Program-made: the position numbers and the translations under genes
Source: Acidimicrobiia bacterium
GTDB lineage: Bacteria; Actinomycetota; Acidimicrobiia; IMCC26256; JAMXLJ01
Length of the DNA: 64,000 nt
Assembly: GCA_035651955.1 (NCBI GenBank)
Contig: DASRES010000024.1
Location: 12,482-76,481 of the forward strand
Reading direction: 5' to 3'
Shown: positions 59,845 to 64,000 of the stretch, in pieces
Numbering within the stretch: the stretch's first letter is position 1
Layout of the letters: every line of letters begins with the position of its first letter
Notes under the pieces: model-generated
Told to the model about the DNA's origin: nothing
Databases searched by the model: none
Seen by the model: the letters and a program-made list of their open reading frames with translations, nothing else

Positions 59845-62800
59845 GCCGGCACCACGACCTCGGGCTCCACGGACGCCCCTTCGACCGTGACCGTCACGGC
59901 TCGGCGTCGTGCGCCGCGGCGGCGGTCGCCACGCAGCATCCACAGCGCGACGACCGCCCCGCTCCACAGCAGCACCTCGAGCGCGATCTGGAGGTCGCGG
60001 ACCGCTTGACCGGTGAAGTGGGTGTCGACGCGGCCCGGATGTGCGACGTCCCAGCCGTTCGCCCAACCGAACGTCTCGCGGTGCGGCAGCGCGCGACCGC
60101 CGGCCGTCGCCTTCCAGCGCGCGTCGTACGTCTGCGCGAGAAGCAGCGCGCCCGGCTCGACACGGGTGCCGTCGGCGGCGGCGCGCGCGCCCTGCAGCTC
60201 GACGCGCAGGCCGGCCTGGACGGGATCCGATGCGCGGAGCGCGGCCGTCGTCGTGCCACCCGCCGACGCCTGCACCGGGAACCACGCCGCGTTCTCGTAC
60301 AGCCTAACGGTGCCTTCGTCGCGGAGACGCGCGAGGTCGAGCTGCGCGTCGAGCCCGTGTACCACGGCGCCGGGAACCGGGACACGCCGGCCCGACGACG
60401 GACCGGGCCGGTCGACGACCGCGATGTAGCGGACGCCCATGGGCGCGAGCAGGTGACCGAGCCGGCTCGTGCGGTCCGCCGCGGCCAGGCCCACGGCGTC
60501 GCCGACGAGACGGCCCGACCGCGGCGCCGGCGGCCAGAGCTCGCGCGCGTCCATGACACCGTCACCGACGAGCGTGTACGCGGTCTCGCCGTGCGGGACG
60601 GCGTCGCCTGGCAGCACGCTCGCGTCCCCGATCACGAGCAGACGGAAGCCGCCGCCGCTGTCGGCGGACATCCACGACAGCGACGCAGCCCAGTCGCTCG
60701 TCGGCGCGTGCCACGAACCGCTGCCCGCGTCGGCCACGAACCCGAGGACGGGGAGCGCGAGCGCGACCGTGCCGACGACGCTCGCGACCTGTCGCCACCC
60801 GAACCGGAACGTGTGCAGGTCGTGCGAGAACGCCGCGACCGCGAGCCCGATCGCCAGGGAGATGCCGACCGCGGCGAGCACGAGCGCGCCTTCGGGCGCG
60901 GGGACGTGGGTCCCGGTCGCGAACCGTGACGGGATCCAGACGAGCGCGAAGCCGAGCATCGCGAGCACCCACGCGCGCGCGGCCCAGGCGAGTCGCTCGC
61001 CCGTCCCGGCGACGAGCGCGAGCGACGCCGCGACGAGTAGTGCCCATCCGCCGACGCCGGCGCCGGCGGGCCCGGTCCGGAACGCGAGCACGTCGGCCAA
61101 CGTGAGGACGGGCCGGAACTGCGCGCCCCACGCGACACCGTCGCGCGACGCGAGCTGCGAGACCGACCACGGCACGAGGAGCACGAGCGCACCCGCGGTC
61201 GCGACACACGCGTAGCCGAGCGCGCGTGCCGCAGATCGTGCCCCGCCGACGAGCGGCGAGGCGGCCAGGAGCGCGACACCGACTGCGATCGGGAACGCGA
61301 GCCCGGCGGGGAAGAAGGCGGTGACGACCGCCACGAGCATCGAGACGCCGACGAGCGCGCGGATCGTCGCGCGACGCGGACGGTCGTCCCAGCCGAGCCG
61401 CACGATCACGCCGACGACGAACGGCGCGAGCGCGAACACCACGAGCGGACCGAGCCGGCCGGTGGCGAGATCGTTCCGGACGACGGGGTTCACGCCGTAC
61501 GCGACCGCGGCGGCAAACCGCGCGAGCGGGTCGTCCGTGAAGCGACGCGTCAGTCGCGCGGCGCCGAGGGCCCCGAGGGGCAGCGCACCTACGACGAGCA
61601 CGGTGTGCGCGAGGCCCGTCGCGCCGACGAGCACGGTCCCGAGCGCGGCCATCATCGCCAGAGCAGGCGACGCGGGCGCAGGCGACCCGAGCCCGACGGA
61701 CCGCCACGCCGTGCCGTACGCGCGCGACAGGTTGCCGAGGCCCGGCCAGCGCAGGAACGACCCGACGCCGGGCACACCGTGCGCGAGGAACGAGCGGGAG
61801 CCGACCAGCACGAGGAACAGGAACGCGAGGACGCCGATTGCGAGCGGCTGACGCATGCTCGTGCGCGCGACCCCGACGACGTTGCGACCCGTCTCGCCGA
61901 GCGAGCGCAGCGTGTCCTCCGCGTTGACTCGTCCGGTCACCGCGCGGCGAAGTTGCGCGCTCCCCCGCACCTGCAGCGAGCGCAGGTCGGAGTCGGGCAC
62001 CGTTCTCGTCGCCTGCACGACACGACGCGCGCGTCGCACGTCACGGAGGCGACACAGGTTCCAGGACCACGCGCCGACGCCGGCGCGCGCGCGATCGGCG
62101 CGCCCGCTGAGCGCCAGCAGCACGCCTTCGAGGAGCGCGAGCACGACGCCGAGCGGCACGACCCACGCGAGCGTGAGCCGCGAGTAGCACTTCAGCACGG
62201 TGCGGACGCGATGCCTCGCGCGCAGCCGTCCGCCGGCGCGGGGCGTCTCCTCCTGCTCGTTCGCGGTGCGGCGATGCCGGACACGCGCGTCGGGTGCGAC
62301 CATGACGCGCGCGCCGACGAGCAGTGCGCGCCAGCACAGGTCGAGGTCCTCCCCTCCGGGCGACGACGCGGCGTCGAACCCGCCGAGCTCGTGGAACAAG
62401 TCGGCGCGCACGAGCATCGCGGCACTGGGCACGTAGAAGACGTCCCGCACCGTGTCGTGCTGCTCCTGGTCGACCTCGCCCGGCTCGATCCCGGAGAACG
62501 AGACCCCGAAGCGGTCCACGAGCAGACCGACCTCGAGGAGGATCTCGGGGTCGTCGTCGCGCACGAGCTTGGGACCGACGATCGCGGCGTTCGACCGGAA
62601 CGCCTCCTCGACCATGACGCGGACCGCCGGGCGGTCGAGCACGACGTCGTCGTGGCACACCAGCAGGAACGTCGCGCCCTCGACGGCGGCCAGCGCCTCG
62701 TTGGCGGCGGCGGCGAAGCTCACCGGCTCGGGGAGCCGGCGGACGAAGGCCCGGGGGGCGACGGCCGCGATGCGCGGCGTCGGGTCCCGACTCGAGCCGG

Positions 62801-62990
62801 CGTCGACCACGAAGATCGCCAGGCTCGGGTAGTCGGAGGCGACCAGGGTCCGCAGCGTCTCCTCGAGCCAGGGACCGGGGTCGTGGGTGACGACGACCGC
62901 CACGACGGGCGGCGGCACGGGAACCGGCTCGACCGGCCCGGCGGGGGCGAGGAGCGTGGGCCCGTCGGCGGGAGGCTGGGCGCGCGACAT
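59841..62990 (-). CDS. Family-2 glycosyltransferase fused to a large polytopic membrane domain
   Basis: The start at 62990 gives MSRAQPP... The GT2 core is VVAVVVTHDPGPWLEETL...FLLVCHDDVVLD...GGEDLDLCWR. It is followed by more than 12 TM segments and a C-terminal extracytoplasmic region. Confidence 0.85.
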   Translation of the reverse strand: MSRAQPPADGPTLLAPAGPVEPVPVPPPVVAVVVTHDPGPWLEETLRTLVASDYPSLAIFVVDAGSSRDPTPRIAAVAPRAFVRRLPEPVSFAAAANEALAAVEGATFLLVCHDDVVLDRPAVRVMVEEAFRSNAAIVGPKLVRDDDPEILLEVGLLVDRFGVSFSGIEPGEVDQEQHDTVRDVFYVPSAAMLVRADLFHELGGFDAASSPGGEDLDLCWRALLVGARVMVAPDARVRHRRTANEQEETPRAGGRLRARHRVRTVLKCYSRLTLAWVVPLGVVLALLEGVLLALSGRADRARAGVGAWSWNLCRLRDVRRARRVVQATRTVPDSDLRSLQVRGSAQLRRAVTGRVNAEDTLRSLGETGRNVVGVARTSMRQPLAIGVLAFLFLVLVGSRSFLAHGVPGVGSFLRWPGLGNLSRAYGTAWRSVGLGSPAPASPALAMMAALGTVLVGATGLAHTVLVVGALPLGALGAARLTRRFTDDPLARFAAAVAYGVNPVVRNDLATGRLGPLVVFALAPFVVGVIVRLGWDDRPRRATIRALVGVSMLVAVVTAFFPAGLAFPIAVGVALLAASPLVGGARSAARALGYACVATAGALVLLVPWSVSQLASRDGVAWGAQFRPVLTLADVLAFRTGPAGAGVGGWALLVAASLALVAGTGERLAWAARAWVLAMLGFALVWIPSRFATGTHVPAPEGALVLAAVGISLAIGLAVAAFSHDLHTFRFGWRQVASVVGTVALALPVLGFVADAGSGSWHAPTSDWAASLSWMSADSGGGFRLLVIGDASVLPGDAVPHGETAYTLVGDGVMDARELWPPAPRSGRLVGDAVGLAAADRTSRLGHLLAPMGVRYIAVVDRPGPSSGRRVPVPGAVVHGLDAQLDLARLRDEGTVRLYENAAWFPVQASAGGTTTAALRASDPVQAGLRVELQGARAAADGTRVEPGALLLAQTYDARWKATAGGRALPHRETFGWANGWDVAHPGRVDTHFTGQAVRDLQIALEVLLWSGAVVALWMLRGDRRRGARRRAVTVTVEGASVEPEVVVPA

Positions 62991-63021
62991 CGGCTCGGAG
63001 GGGAAGCATACAGGGGTGCTG

Positions 63022-63041
63022 CTCGTGACAGCTGTCACGAG
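63022..63041. promoter_or_regulatory. Perfect 20-bp palindrome CTCGTGACAGCTGTCACGAG with a GTGA-N6-TCAC (CRP/GlxR-type) core
   Basis: Seen directly in the sequence. It lies in an AT-richer 159-bp divergent gap, 32 nt upstream of the GT2 ATG. Confidence 0.5.
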
Positions 63042-63044
63042 TGC

Positions 63045-63074
63045 TTGCAACTGTTATACGCCTGCGCGTACAGT
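63045..63074 (+). promoter_or_regulatory. Sigma-70-like promoter TTGCAA-N18-TACAGT
   Basis: The -35 element is at 63045-63050 and the -10 at 63069-63074. It is flanked by the inverted repeat CAACTGT (63048-63054) / ACAGTTG (63070-63076). It lies upstream of the gene starting at 63150. Confidence 0.4.
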
Positions 63075-63149
63075 TGTTAGCACCGAATGCCCGGGAATGC
63101 TCGCGGCACCGCTGCCGCGCCCGGCGTTCCGGGACCTAGGGAGGTCGCC

Positions 63150-63578
63150 ATGGACATCCGCAAGACGCTCCAGGACGCCGCGTACGTCACCGTCGGGATC
63201 GGGGTCGTCACGTTCCAGCAGGCGCAGGTCCGCCGGCGCGAGACGACCGCGCGCATCGAGAGCCAGGCGCGCGAAGCCCGTCGTGCGGTCGAGGGGCAGG
63301 CACGCGACGCGCGCCGGTTCGTCGAGGCGCAGGCACGCGACGCGCGTGACCGGGCCGCGAGCGCGGGCGCGGACGTCGTCCAGCTCGTCGAGCCGGTCGT
63401 CACCGAGCTCCGCCAGCGGGTCGAGCCGCTCGCCGGTCAGTTCGAGCCGGTCGTGAGCGAGCTGCGCAACCGCGTCGAGCCGTGGGCCGGCCAGCTGCAG
63501 ACGCTGCCCGACCGCGTCGTCCGCGTCGTCCAGCAGGGCGCGTACCGGTTCCAGCGCGCGAGCGCGTCCGCGAACTGA
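63150..63578 (+). CDS. Coiled-coil, apolipoprotein/phasin-like repeat protein
   Basis: The ATG at 63150 has a GGGAGG SD. The protein starts MDIRKTLQDAAYVTVGIGVVTF and contains repeated QARDAR / RVEP..GQ.. heptad-like segments. Confidence 0.65.
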   Translation: MDIRKTLQDAAYVTVGIGVVTFQQAQVRRRETTARIESQAREARRAVEGQARDARRFVEAQARDARDRAASAGADVVQLVEPVVTELRQRVEPLAGQFEPVVSELRNRVEPWAGQLQTLPDRVVRVVQQGAYRFQRASASAN

Positions 63579-63598
63579 CAGACCGCAACACCGACGTC

Positions 63599-63626
63599 GA
63601 TGCCGCCCGTCCCCCCGGGCGGCATC
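63599..63626 (+). terminator. Hairpin GATGCCGCCCG-tccccc-CGGGCGGCATC (11-bp perfect stem)
   Basis: It lies 21 nt downstream of the stop at 63576-63578. There is no U-tract. Confidence 0.5.
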
Positions 63627-63713
63627 GTCGCGCCCGAGCGGCGAGCGTCCGAGTCGCGAGCCGGCGACCCGTCGGCACGAACGCGTGCGAACGCCGATCG
63701 CTACGCTCGGCGG

Positions 63714-64000
63714 ATGCTCGTGGCACTGGCGGGTGGAGTGGGCGCGGCCCGGTTCCTGCGGGGCCTCGTGCGGGTCGTCGCCCCTGAGGACGTCGTCGTG
63801 GTCGTCAACACCGCCGACGACGACACGTTCCACGGCCTGCACGTGAGCCCCGATCTCGACAGCGTCACGTACACGCTGGCGGGCGCGGAGCACCCCGAGC
63901 AGGGCTGGGGCCTCGCGGGCGAGACGTTCGCGTGCATCGACGCGCTCGGCCGCTACGGCGCGCCGACGTGGTTCCGGCTCGGCGACCGCGACCTCGCGAC
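63714..64000 (+). CDS. cofD: 2-phospho-L-lactate transferase (F420 biosynthesis), 5' part only
   Basis: The ATG at 63714 gives MLVALAGGVGAARFLRGLVRVVAPEDVVVVVNTADDDTFHGLHVSPDLDSVTYTLAG, the CofD/FbiA N-terminus. The gene runs off the window. Confidence 0.9.
   Translation, partial: MLVALAGGVGAARFLRGLVRVVAPEDVVVVVNTADDDTFHGLHVSPDLDSVTYTLAGAEHPEQGWGLAGETFACIDALGRYGAPTWFRLGDRDLA

Overview
The window is a very GC-rich (roughly 70% or more by eye), densely coding chromosomal segment. I call about 60 protein genes and recognised no rRNA, tRNA or CRISPR array. The gene content points to Actinomycetota: a mycothiol-type DinB/MDMPI enzyme, F420-linked LLM oxidoreductases plus cofD, DUF3499, a DUF5719-like protein, DUF3052 and a DUF222-HNH gene.

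The left part (1-38.5 kb) is an accessory-looking mix:
- Lipid and CoA catabolism genes: an acyl-CoA dehydrogenase-like gene, two enoyl-CoA hydratases, a thiolase next to a condensing-enzyme-like/OB-fold fusion, a CoA-transferase, a P450, amidohydrolases, a thioesterase and two different desaturases.
- Many one-component regulators (TetR x2 plus one TetR domain fused to an MFS pump, MarR, ArsR-like), each with a candidate palindromic operator.
- Repair genes: a LigD-type primase-polymerase and an SRAP peptidase.
- A secreted phospholipase C-like lipoprotein and a secreted CAP-domain repeat protein.

The right part (38.5-64 kb) is a conserved housekeeping and envelope block on the minus strand: ftsX-ftsE-prfB-secA-hpf-(FlgM-like)-comFC-mtnA-ahcY-SIS isomerase-trm112-manB-large membrane protein. 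It continues with DUF3499, ftsH, a thioredoxin-like protein, a DUF5719-like protein, a GT2 membrane glycosyltransferase and cofD.

The most unusual observations are:
1. An orphan heme-oxygenase-like diiron enzyme cassette with tiny Cys-containing ORFs, followed by a coding remnant.
2. One near-identical 19-20 nt operator in front of two unrelated desaturase genes.
3. An MFS-TetR single-frame fusion.
4. A degenerate GTP-cyclohydrolase-I-fold protein coupled to DUF488.
5. A hairpin-dense 289-nt leader with a triple tandem mini-hairpin and a possible RBS pseudoknot.
6. A 53-nt dispersed inverted element present twice.
7. A FlgM-like gene sitting where Bacillus has its flagellar genes.

All functional calls rest on motif recognition by eye in the supplied translations. 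No database search was run. Many long ORFs in the track are antisense or out-of-frame artefacts of the high GC content and were ignored.
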